A stretch of DNA of 64,000 bases from Eledone cirrhosa. Its lineage: Eukaryota. Below are positions 24,540 through 35,839 of the stretch, piece after piece. Under the pieces are notes generated by a model. That model had not been told where the DNA came from, made no database searches, and saw only the letters and a list, made by a program, of their open reading frames with translations. Within the stretch, counting starts at the first letter, position 1. Each line of letters starts with the position of its first letter. The translations under genes were made by a program, and so were the position numbers. The DNA lies in the NCBI GenBank assembly GCA_964016885.1, contig OZ024742.1, positions 226,610,001 through 226,674,000 of the forward strand, written 5' to 3'.

Positions 24540-26790
24540 CACCATAAATGATAATATTGCCCTGAAGGACGACCAGAGAGACGCGCTGAAACAGCCACTC
24601 CACTTCTCGGGGCTCGCAGCCGCGGGCAGCCAACTCTCCTTCGATAACAGGGATGTGGTCTGGGGGTCAAGAATGCCGGAAGTCTCCATTGCCGCAAGCC
24701 TATCAGAGAGCAGTCGATACTTTGACAATTTGCCTTCTTCGACCTGGCAGGTTGCCAAGCCTTGGTTAGTAACCGAACGTACCACTAGAGAAGGTGTTAC
24801 AACATGTAGCATCCCAGACGAGGGGCTTACCCCGCGGAACGGGAAGATTGTCTTGCCCTCGGTTCAACCCTGCTGGCTTGAGTCGGGAAGGGAAGCCTGC
24901 GCTGTCCAGGCCATGCTTTATGATCACGTTAAGAGCAGCATGGTGTGGGAGGCAGCCAGCACTACAACGGCATGACAGCCGGTGGAGACCGAAAGAATCT
25001 ACAGTGGAAATGCAAAGGCATTTGAGAAGCTCATGGATCCCGACGCCGGAGGCCGGACCACAGGGAAACACCGATGCGCAAGCAGTCGCTGTCCAGCTGA
25101 GTGCCAGTCGCTAGTGATGGTACTGCGTTGAGCTAGGCACCACTGTGTTGGGAAGTCGAACGTAAACATACCAGACGGTGCAGTTTGAGCCGACGCACCA
25201 GCCTGTCTGAGGTCATGTTGCACTGGATGGCGTCCCGTTTGTTTGTTGTGTTTTTGACGGGGGGGCGTCTTTGAAGGGGAGAGAGGGATGGACGTTCAAA
25301 GGGTGGAGGCCGAGCTTGTTTCTTGTTGCGTAGGCCACCTCACGTTCCCCGACCACAGTAGGTTCACAGTAAGTTCAGTTGTGTTGTAGTCCTTTTGATG
25401 AGGTCACCGACGAAAGAAAAGCCGGCAGGCCCAGTGAGTCTGGAAACCGGAGACCGAGGCCACCATATCTGATAGGTAAGTTGGCCTGTTTCTATTCAGT
25501 GTCATCAAACCAGACATTGCCTATCTCCCCAGCAGCCCGTCGGATGCAGGCGTCGAGATCTGTGAAGAGAGATGCTTGGCTGTAACAGGAGGCACTGCGG
25601 AAGGTGCATAGGCGCTTCGGCATGGCGAAGCAGTTCCTTAACCGAAAGAGTGTCGGTAGGGCATCGATCCGGTTCAGTCGGTTCGTCAGAGTTTCTAGCT
25701 GGCGTAGCCTGGACCCGAGGGTAGGGCGAATGGCAGGCGAGAGGATCGGCGAACTGAAGATGAGAGTGCCTTCGTTAGAGGCATCCTGCACCTGTTGGAA
25801 TAATAATCGCACATCCGAGACGTAGGCCGCGAAGCCCTCTACGTCGTAATTGCCGCTTACAACCTCCGACTTGGATGAGTTAATCTCGAGGCCGACCCTC
25901 GCGAAAGTGGGAACCACTGATCAGAGATCATGACAGACACTCGCCGCACCGTCCCGGTACCAAATGTTGAGAGAGGCGGTGATGCTCTGAGGCATGTTGT
26001 TTACCCCGAGAATGAAATGGAAGGGGCCCAATGGATGGCCCTGTTGAATGCCGGTTGAAGATGGTATTACCTTGTCTGCAGTGCGAAACGTGCTCAGTGA
26101 CCCATATGACAGGTAGATCAGTGGGTAGGTGGTTGAGGCACAACTGAGGCAAGTCTCGAGCAAGTGCTCGCGGCGCAGACAGTTGAATGTCAAGCTTGAT
26201 AAGATACCTGGAATTATTCGACTCCGGCTTAGAAGAACAGTCGTTGATGAACTGTCGAGCGGCGTAGGCGGGCCTCTCGCAGCCGGTGGCCACGCCGACT
26301 CCCAGCTGCACTGGGCTGAGTTCCTCGGCTAGTTCAAGTGTGACAGACTTGCAGATGACCTTGACTTGGAGCCTCCGGAAAACATTTCCTACCGCGATGG
26401 GGCGTATTCCACCATCTTTCTTCCTGAGAGCGGTGAAGCAGGCCGAAAAGACGAGGCCTCGGGAATAAGGGTTCAGCGTGCCGTGAATGAACCTGTTAAC
26501 GAAGATTACAATAGCACCCAGCAGACGGAGCCCGTCTTCGAAACAGACATGATGACCTCATCGGAGGCCACGTATAGCGGTTGAGGGTCATGTGGGTGCA
26601 TGTGGCTCGGGTGCATGCCGGAAATCGACTAAGACCTCCTCTCTAGGGTAGAGGACGGTGTCGTCAGAGGCAGCAGAGACATTACCCTCAATGAGTTTGG
26701 TATTTACCCGGTCGTGTAAGCGCTTTGAGCTAATATCAAGGGTAGAGGACTGCGGACAAACGAATGACTGCGGGCACATGAATGGATATA
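24540..26790 (-). mobile_element. CRE-like RLE non-LTR retrotransposon (RT plus restriction-like endonuclease), decayed
   Basis: GGIRPIAVG, QLGVG, GIQQGHPLGP, WYRDG (YLDD equivalent), GLEINSSKSE, GLHRLSC..HAALNVIIK, GKPLVWDATC; visibly GC-richer than the flanks. Confidence 0.8.
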
Positions 26791-27539
26791 GACACCTGTC
26801 CGAAGGTTGAGATGTTGACCTTGACCAGGGCTGTTATCTAGCGGTCGCAACGTGAAATAAAGTATTTTGTTCAAGAACACTGTGCCCGGATTTCAAAGCA
26901 GCATAGTTGATATGGAGCATTGTGAAATATGTGGTTAGGATTATTTGGGAAAAGTCGCTACAATGCAGGAATGTACTTTACTTTACTTTAATTTTCACTC
27001 CTGTATTTCTAACCTGCATTGCATCCGCTTTCCAAAAACAATCATAGATGGATTTCAATTTGCTCGTAGTTACAATACACACAACAGAGTAATCTCTCAT
27101 TTAATAGCATGATAAATGGTTTGGGTCATAATATAACTTATAGGAAGGCTCCGCCATATTATGTAATCGAGAAGTTATTAATGTTGTATGTGAGATTTTC
27201 CACACGAATCTCACAAATGAGACTTCTATTATTACAGTGTGGTAACTTCAAGACTACCATATTGAGATAATGATTGTTTAGTCATGTTTGTCTATAATAT
27301 ACTTTGTCTGTCTCTATAGCAGCAATCACATCATCTAGTTACAGATACTGCCCAATGGTGTTTAGAAAACACCTAGCTTTCTTAAAGCAATTCTTGACAT
27401 TATGCAAGAATATAACTCTTTTGTCACTGAACCACCTGAAACCGCCCCTGATTCCATGAAATATATATCAAAAAACATAGCATCAAAATTTTGTGTAAGA
27501 ACCTTTCTTAAGCTATGTTCCAAACATTGACTTTAAAAT

Positions 27540-27745
27540 GGTTTCTAATTTAGACACAAGGCCAACAATTTTAGGAAGTGGAGAGTCGATTAAAATCGAC
27601 CCCAGTGTATGACTGGTACTTTATTTTAGCGACTTTGTAAGGATGAAAGGCAAAGCTAACCTCGGAGGGATTGGAACTCGGGCCGCAACTCTAAGTTGTG
27701 AAGCATATTATCCGACGCACTGTCGTTTCTGCCCATCCACCGCCC
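27540..27745 (-). mobile_element. tRNA-derived SINE
   Basis: reverse complement of the family at 14441 (GGATGAAAGGCAAAG..GGAACTC). Confidence 0.8.
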
Positions 27746-28388
27746 TAAACATTGACTTAATAATGAGAAAGTTAGTTATATTACTAAATCCCTCTAATTT
27801 GATGATTATTTTCAAAATGATTTGAAAACCATATGCAGCGTCTTTCATTAGAAATATGGTAACGAAATGGCTAAAGTGTTTATTTGAAAACCTTCCGTTA
27901 TAATTTTAAGTAAGAACCTTTAAGTTATTTTCCAAACAACAAATGATAGTGACTTTCGTTAGAAATATGGTAATGAAAGGGTTAAAGACATAGGTAGTGT
28001 CTTTGAAACATATACATATACACCAGGTCCGAACACAAAGGAACCAAACTCCCACTGTCAATGCCTCTGTCTCTCCCGCTCTCATCATCTCTCACTATTA
28101 TGAACAAATGGGGCTCACGCGCAGGCTGCCCCACGACCCCGGCGGACAGAATAGAGAAAAGTTATATTAATAAGTCCCTCCAAAATTTTGATTATTTTCA
28201 TAATGATGTTAAAACCATAGAGAGTGTCTTTCATTAGAAAGCTGGTAACGAAATGGTTAAAAGTAGAAACAAAACTCTATATGCATCCAACAGAATGGTT
28301 TTAGTGTAGGTGATATGATACAAATAAACGAAACATTAGTATGAAATTATTTAGTATAAAAATATTTTGCAAGTGCAAGAAGGAGGGC

Positions 28389-28812
28389 TTATTTCCAAGC
28401 CAGGCTTTGTAAGCCTCCGTCTTTGCTCGAAGGCATCTTTAACCTCTCGATTGAACCAAGGGGTCCTCCAGCCCTCTGGCGTCCACAGAGCTTCTTTCGC
28501 CCACAGAATTTAACAGCTGAAGCAGAAACTGCTGCGCTGAACAATCTCCACTCTCTCTCAACATTGTCAGTTTGCTCAAGGAGTTCTCTGAATTTGGATG
28601 CAATAATATCTGCATACCTGGTCCTGACTTCCTTATCCACCAATGCTTCCCACTTTATCCTATAGAATCTGCCAGTTTTGAGTTAAATTTTAGGCTTTTG
28701 GTGGTCTCATAGTCTCAAGTTGCAGATGACTAGTCCCTCTCTTGACATGAACATCCAGCACAGAATCAAAAAGATCAGAGACAATAATAAAATCAATTAT
28801 TGATCTCTGTCC
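28389..28812 (-). mobile_element. RTE LINE endonuclease/linker fragment
   Basis: RSIIDFIIVSDLFDSVLD; NVEREWRLFSAAVSASAVKFCGRKK. Confidence 0.7.
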
Positions 28813-28847
28813 CTGTTATAACTTCCAGGATATAATTTACAAATTAG

Positions 28848-29590
28848 GAAACTTAACGAATTTTAAAAACCCGTTTTATGATAACAAATTTCTACCGAGA
28901 AAAACATTATCTTATATATATATATTTGGGGTGAAACGCTTATAAGGTTTCTTTATTTTAAAGTACTTTATTGCGATCTTCCCTTTGTTCAATTCTGAGC
29001 CTTATTGAGATGAATCTATATTTGTATTTATAAGTTTCTCTAAATTATATTCTAACCGATATTATTCATTGAGGTGTCATATATATTACTGACTAATTTT
29101 TAAACATGCATTATTAATTGTTGCTTCTTAAATGTCGAGTTGATAGACGTTTTTAAATTGACTGCTGTTTCTAGTAAAAATGTTATTCTCGTTACCTAAT
29201 CTGTAATGTACAAACGTTTACCTTGTTGATAGTTCTGCTCATGCGTACATTATTTTGCACCATGCTGGTATTATTTCGGGTGTACGTGGGGTCCAGCAAA
29301 AGGTAAATATATCATATCTCTCTTACCATGGAACGGAAATCCTCCCTGATGATCAGCAGATTCTGGTAGAAATAACTATCTTGATTAATTGAGATGGCAA
29401 ATTCTGTTACTTTAGCATGTGAAACTCCAGTAAGGGGGAACATTTCTTAAGCTCTCTAGATTTAAGTCGCTTGACAAAAAGTTTACCCCTGGGTCGAGAC
29501 GCTTATAAGGTTTCTTTATTTTAAAGTACTTTACTGCGATATTCCCTTTGGTCAATTCTGAGCATTATTTGATATAGTTCTACATTTGTA
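28848..29590 (+). mobile_element. Tandem-duplicated small element (563-nt period) with a degenerate hammerhead
   Basis: GA(A/G)ACGCTTATAAGGTTTCTTTATTTTAAAGTACTTTA... at 28933 and 29496; ends in (TA)n. Confidence 0.55.
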
Positions 29591-29636
29591 TATATATATA
29601 TATATATGAGCATTATTTGATATAGTTTTCTACATT

Positions 29637-29682
<46 letters not shown>

Positions 29683-29744
29683 GAGCGAGAGAGAGAGAGA
29701 GAAAGCGAGAGAGAATAGGATGGCTGTGTAGTTGCTAATTAAGG

Positions 29745-30091
29745 TAGGCTTAAAAATAAGAATAAGAATAAAGCAAGACCGTGTGTGTGTGTGGGGGGGG
29801 GGGGGGGTCCTCGTCAGTTGTCTACTGGGGGGTCTCGGATATTTTAACGCTTTAAAGACAATATATCTACCCCCAGAGCGTTCAATAACTAGGTAAGTTA
29901 TTGGGAAAACGGAGGAGGGAGGGAAGGCCTCCTCCGTTTTCCCAATAACTTACCTAGTTATTGAACGCTCTGGGGGTAGATATATTGTCTTTAAAGCGTT
30001 AAAATATCCGAGACCCCCCAGTAGACAACTGACGAGGAACCCCCCCCCCCCCCACGGTCTTGCTTTCTTCTTATTCTTATTTTTAAGCCTA
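29745..30091. repeat. Near-perfect ~165-175 bp inverted repeat (fold-back element)
   Basis: arms 29745-29918 and 29928-30091, 9-nt loop; CTGACGA in the arm. Confidence 0.92.
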
Positions 30092-30516
30092 TATAGATAT
30101 ATTTCTTTATTAGCCACAGGGGCACAAAAGAAGGGGACAAATACAAAGGGGGAAGTTTACATACAATAAAAACGTGTATATAGATATTGCCTCTGCAGGT
30201 AATCAAAGTGTAGAGTGGATAAACAAAGTGCCAAGTCGGGAGCTGTGGATTGGCGGAATCGTATAAAAGACGGGATGTTTTTCGGTATTTATTCCAGCTC
30301 TGTATGTTCTGAGTTAGACTCGCCCCCTGTCAAAGGAAAAAATAGCGACACTTCTGCAAGGAGTTACAACCCATAGATAGTATACTCCTTCCCCAACATG
30401 CAAGCCTCTCGTGGCAAATAATCTGCCTAAAAAAACATCTTAAACAATCTCAAATACCAATTTAAATATGCTCGTAACGTTTCTGCTGTAAACAGACATA
30501 AAGATTAGAATAATTA

Positions 30517-30684
30517 CCGTATTTTCCGGCGCCGAAGACGCTTCGTCCTCGAGGACGCACCCTGATTTTGACAAGGAAAAATTTGAACAAAAATAATAAA
30601 CAACCTTCGGTCTCCAGGACGCATGGTAGATTTTTTAGACTTATTTTAGGAAAAAAGTAGCGTCTTCGGCGCCGGAAAATACGG
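30517..30684. mobile_element. Tc1/mariner-superfamily (pogo/Tc2-like) MITE
   Basis: perfect 25-bp TIR CCGTATTTTCCGGCGCCGAAGACGC with TA TSD. Confidence 0.9.
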
Positions 30685-30865
30685 TATTTAATTTTTCTGT
30701 GATGTAAATGAAAGTATATTATCGTAAAATTTTGATGAATTAGACAGAATTTTAAATAAGGCCATGAAATCTTTCTTATAATCAAACATAATATATCATT
30801 GAATGCCATAAATTTTGTAGGGATATCCACAACTGTAGTGAAAGTATGCGGTCTAGTAGTTAGAG

Positions 30866-33832
30866 CAGGGCAACCTTTTGGAGAGAGAGAGGGCCAAACA
30901 ACTATGCAGTGTCATGGAGGAGGGCCATGTTATTAAATGTGTAAATAAATTTTCTGGAGGTTTAAAGCAAAACAAGGAATTTAATATAATTTTATTTTAA
31001 CAAGGCCTCTTATTTTACTGCAGGAATAACAAAAAAAAAAAAAGAAAACAAAAACTACAAACACATTCAACAAAAAAAAGCGAATTCCTTATTTTACTGC
31101 AGGAATATCAGAAAAACAACTACTATCACAATCAACAAAAAAAAAAAGCAAATTCCTTGCTACAAACGAAATACAGTTAGAAATGGTAAATGATTTAATG
31201 AGACACTTGTTTCTACTTATTGTGTGATAACTTCTCCACATCAGGTGAAATATTTATCGATGACAGGAGCAAAACATCATCCAGGTGGTCGTCACGCAAC
31301 CTTGTTCTTAAATGACTTTTAGTATATTTCATTTTGTAAAAAAGTTGTTCACAAGCATATGTACTTCCAAATAATTATATCAGTTTCGCATTAGTCAAGA
31401 TGTTTTTATATTTTCCGCTTGGCAATATATATTTCTTGTAGAAGTCAGCAGTGGATTCGAACTGAAATTCGATTTCAAAGATTCGTCGCACTGTAAGTCA
31501 ATTAACTCCAACTGATATTCTTCTGCCACTTGCTCCACATCTGTTTCGTAAGGAGTACCAAATAACTTAAAGAGAGTTCCATATTGCCGGAAATCAGCAA
31601 CACGAGAGGAAAACTCGCTTCTCAAATCCTTAATAGAGCTCACAAAGATGTCTGGTATTATATCTCTTTTGTGATTTTGGAGACTTGGGAAATGAGAGTA
31701 GTTTTCTTTTTGAAGTTGTGATTCCCAAGGTCGAAGTTTTCTCTCAAAAGCAGTAATTTGACCAAACATCTCAAATACAACCTTGTTCTTTCCTTGAAGC
31801 TCAAGATTCAAAGTGTTCATGTGGGTCGTGATGTCCACTAAAAAAGCTAACTTGACAACTCACTATGGATCCTGAAAGTAAGAATTAACTTGGTCTTTGC
31901 TCTCTAAAAACATAGAAATATTTTCTCTCAATGCATATACTCGTTCTATCATTTTTCCGTGGCTAAGCCATCGAACATTTGAAAAATATGTAAGGTCGCC
32001 ATACTCTGCTTCAATTTGTTTTAGAAATTCTTGAAACTGGCGGTGATTTAGTCCTCTTGACAGTATAAAATTAACTATTTTCACGACCACTGCCATGATG
32101 TCCTTAAAATTCAGTGACTTTGCACATAATGCTTCTTGATGAATAATGCAATGAAGTTTGATTAGTTTTTGATCAATACCGATGTGGTTTTGGAGCAATG
32201 CAACAAACCCCTTTTTCTCTCCAACCATTGCTGGTGCTCCATCTGTGATTACTCTAGAAAGTTTTGATAAATCCAGATTCATTTCGGTAATCCATTTTAT
32301 TATGCTTTCCAAAATATCTACTCCAGTGCTAGTGTCCTTTATAGGAATCAATTGTACAAATTATTCCACAATATCAAGTTGATAAGTATTCTTCATATCT
32401 GTGGTTTCATCGATAGCAATGGAATAATACTCCAGATTATTTAAAATGCCATCCAAGCCACTTCTGACATTTGCTGCCAGCTCTTCAATTCGCCTTGTTA
32501 CTGTTCTTGCCGATAAGCTGATCGCAGAAAATAATTCCCTTTTTTCTGGACAAACAACATCTGCTACCTTCAACAATAATTCTTTGAAGAAATCTCCATC
32601 AGTAAAAGGTTTCATCTTTTCTGCTATTAGTTTTGACACCTCGTAGCTAGCACGAGTGTTTCGGTCACACTCTTCAACTTTTCTAGTGAAAAATGATGAT
32701 TGCTTTGTTACATTATTTCTCAGCCGTGCAACTTCGTTTACTCGTGCTTTTCCAGTAAAACTGTTGTAATGATTATGACGAGTTTCATAGTGCCGTTTAA
32801 TATTTGAAACTTTCTTCACGGCAATGTTTTCTTGACAAATTAAGCAAACACATTTTCCGAAGTGCTCAATGAAAAAATAGCTAAGTCTCCAGCCATCGTT
32901 AATAGCTCGGCACTCCAAATCCACTTTTCTTCTCTTAGCTTCCATGGGCTTGTTTTTGTTCAAACAAAAAAGATTTATGGAAAGGAAAAAGAACAAAAAG
33001 TATAATAATCAGAATGAAGAAATAAGAAACAATGAAAACAAATGTAAATGCAAATACAGTAATGTTATAAAATATGATAATTGTGAATAAACTATATAAA
33101 ACCAGGTTTCTAACGACGTTGTTAAATCAGGGTTGCCATTTGTTTTTTTAAACCACTTTTGGCCTAATTCTAATAATAATAATTCACACAATTTATCACA
33201 AATAATTAAATAAATGTTATTATTGAATAAAGATACCTACTGTATAGTTGTTATACCACCAGACAACAAACTCAAATGAAAATACTCTGGGGAGGAGGGA
33301 ACGAAGTAATTTTTCCAAGGACGGCTTTACCTTGTGCCGGGGGGGGGGGGGGGGCACAGGTAAGGTCAGACAAACGAAGACGACAATAATCCACGAGTGA
33401 TTTTATTGAATTACAATATGGGTATAAAAGCGAGTCATGCGAACCGTAAGGTAGTATACCTTCCAGTCGCTGAAGAAAATGCATACTTCCAGCCAACATT
33501 TGTGTTTGTTGACTGGAACAAAAACACATACATGAAATCACAGGAAATAATAATACAGGTGATATAATGCTTGGCGGAAAGACCAGAAAAAGATGGATAA
33601 GAGGAAATAATAATAAATGGAAAATATAATAAGGTTACAAAGGTATCTGTAAATATATACGGTATGAACAGCGATTTGTGATGGGCATCAGGTCGGCACA
33701 ACCTTGAAGTGAACTACTGTATCTGTATTCGATACTAATTGGATAATTAGTGTCCAGTGTAAGATGGCGTGCCGGACAAAAAAATCATTCGAGGGCCGGA
33801 TGTGACCGGCGGGCCGGGGACGCCGACCCGTG
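30866..33832 (-). mobile_element. hAT DNA transposon (SPIN/Charlie/Buster group)
   Basis: termini CAGGGCAACC / GCCGACCCGTG; 8-bp TSD AGTTAGAG/GGTTAGAG; internal transposase. Confidence 0.88.
31195..32945 (-). pseudogene. hAT transposase, SPIN/GTF2IRD2-like (frameshifted)
   Basis: MEAKRRKVDLECR..CVCLIC..NIKRHYETRH (BED finger); YSIAIDETTD; TDGAPAMVG; HCIIHQEALC; VRWLS; FGSTYACEQLF; ends QVSH*; split over several ORFs. Confidence 0.92.
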
Positions 33833-34085
33833 GGTTAGAGTGTTGGTCTCACAATTGCAACACCGTGAGTTCGATACCCGTACCGGGCGACGCATTATGT
33901 CCTCGAGTAAAGCCGTTTATTTCATGTTGTTCCCATTGACTCAGCTGAAAATCAGTACCAATAGCAGAGGCTGAAAAGTTAACTTTACGAATCTTGGGCT
34001 CTCAGTCGCTTGAAGCTGCGGGAACCCGAGATAAACTCCAACCTTTGTTCAATCCGTGCCAGCATGGAAAAACGGACGACACCCA
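33833..34085 (+). mobile_element. tRNA-derived SINE (second family); its 5' end lies at about 30848-30865
   Basis: GCGGTCTAGT|AGTTAGAG before the hAT and GGTTAGAGTGTTGGTCTCAC..GAGTTCGATACC after it; related to 56729-57015. Confidence 0.75.
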
Positions 34086-34352
34086 AACGATATCTCTCTC
34101 TCGCTCTTCCTATATATATATATATATATATATATAATTGTTTCTATTTTAGGCACAAGGCCAGCAATTATCCAGTACATTACTGGTACTTTATTTTATC
34201 GACCCCGTAAGGATGAAAGGCTGTTGTTCTTCTACGTCGTCATAAATTTTGGCCAACAGGTACTGTCAAACTGACCATCAGCTGTCCTTTTTCCTGCCAC
34301 ACTTCAATGAATCCCTGCTGGGTTTGGTAGTTCACACGTCCACGCGCGTACT

Positions 34353-34388
<36 letters not shown>

Positions 34389-34751
34389 CTCACACACACA
34401 CGCGCACACAATCATATAAATAACAACATCCGTACGCATATACTCCCGCTATACATACGCACCCAAAGAGAACCCATAAATTTATGATGACGTAGAAGAA
34501 CAACAGCCAATAGCAGGACGAGCGAAGAGGATGGTTTTTGACGCTAACACCCCAGTGAGAAAATTTGATCCGAAATTATTAGAAGTGTCCGACAAACCTG
34601 TAGATCCAGAATCAGACAGATCCACACAATGATCGTGTCTCGAGCTGTCTGCCAGCGAAACAATTGTAACACATAATAAATTAAGTTCAGATGCATCACT
34701 GATTTTTCGTTTTATATTATATATATATATATTATATATATATATTATATA

Positions 34752-34813
<62 letters not shown>

Positions 34814-35000
34814 ATAATAATAAATTTGAAGACTAAAATCCAAAGAGGGCTCGATAAGGATAAATATATATCAGATATATAAGAACCGTAGAGCAAATAT
34901 TTATTAAAATAACAGATTAAAGTTTAAGCAAAGAATCGCTGCTTTCACCCTTAACGGGATCTTCTGAAACTAAAAAAGTCAATCTGTGAACGCAGAAGTA

Positions 35001-35074
35001 AATATTTCAAAAAACGTTGCAACCAAAGTATCGTCTTCCTGTCTTCCTTCGGTTGCAACGTTTTTTGAAATATT
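35001..35074. repeat. 28-bp inverted repeat in a (TA)n-flanked insert
   Basis: AATATTTCAAAAAACGTTGCAACCAAAG ... CTTCGGTTGCAACGTTTTTTGAAATATT; the upstream 34911-34962 matches 63103-63160 in reverse. Confidence 0.8.
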
Positions 35075-35140
35075 AGTTAGTTAGTCAGTGGTAAAACCGG
35101 TGTTATGTGGGAGTGCTATATAAATCTACCCCGGACTAAA

Positions 35141-35188
<48 letters not shown>

Positions 35189-35323
35189 GTGTTAAACGAT
35201 ATTCAATGATTATGTCAAAGAATGAGTTTTACAGTAGATTGGAAGCACTATACGGTAAAATAATTTTCTGGAGTTATTAATATTAAAATATAAATATTAA
35301 TAAAATAGATGTTCTTTTGATCA

Positions 35324-35386
35324 ATTACATTTTATTATACATATTTCGGATGTACAACAGTACGTCCTCATCAGACAAAATATAAT
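35324..35386 (-). ncRNA. Type I hammerhead ribozyme (mirror copy)
   Basis: exact reverse complement of 35431-35493. Confidence 0.75.
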
Positions 35387-35430
35387 GATACATGACATAC
35401 TCCGAGATGTTAAATGGTATGTCATGTATC

Positions 35431-35493
35431 ATTATATTTTGTCTGATGAGGACGTACTGTTGTACATCCGAAATATGTATAATAAAATGTAAT
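35431..35493 (+). ncRNA. Type I hammerhead ribozyme
   Basis: ATTATATTTTGT - CTGATGA - GGAcGTAC tgtt GTACaTCC - GAAA - TATGTA - TA (AUA site) - ATAAAATGTAAT; 12-bp stem I with two G-U pairs. Confidence 0.8.
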
Positions 35494-35528
35494 TGATCAA
35501 AAGAACATCTATTTTATTAATATTTATA

Positions 35529-35599
<71 letters not shown>

Positions 35600-35839
35600 A
35601 TACGTTTTGATTTTCAAACTCGAGAAAAAGTGCTCAATACCAAAGTAGAGAATTTTTCGTTTTTTGTCAAAATGAAATATACACCCACACAAAAATAACA
35701 TACATCTTTCTCATATTCTGACCAAAATTCAGTGAAAAACATGAGATTATTCTTAGTCGCTACTCCGAGTTTCGCTGATTGCGGCTGATCAGCGGGAAGA
35801 CAGAAAATTCTGTATAGCCACAATCAATTATTATTATAT

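Larger units (their letters stand above)
35280..35537. repeat. Perfect 121-bp inverted repeat between (TA)n tracts
   Basis: arms 35280-35400 and 35417-35537, 16-nt loop. Confidence 0.93.

Noticed and set aside
25395-25420. TTGATGA-GGTCACCGAC-GAAA
   Set aside because: Antisense to retrotransposon coding sequence, with no stem I or III; likely chance.
27843-28262. piggyBac-like termini (AAATATGGTAA.GAAAGGGTTAA, three copies)
   Set aside because: All are in the same orientation with no matching left end, so no element could be delimited.
31195-32945. Domesticated GTF2IRD2/ZBED-like host gene
   Set aside because: Frameshifted and still flanked by TIRs and a TSD.
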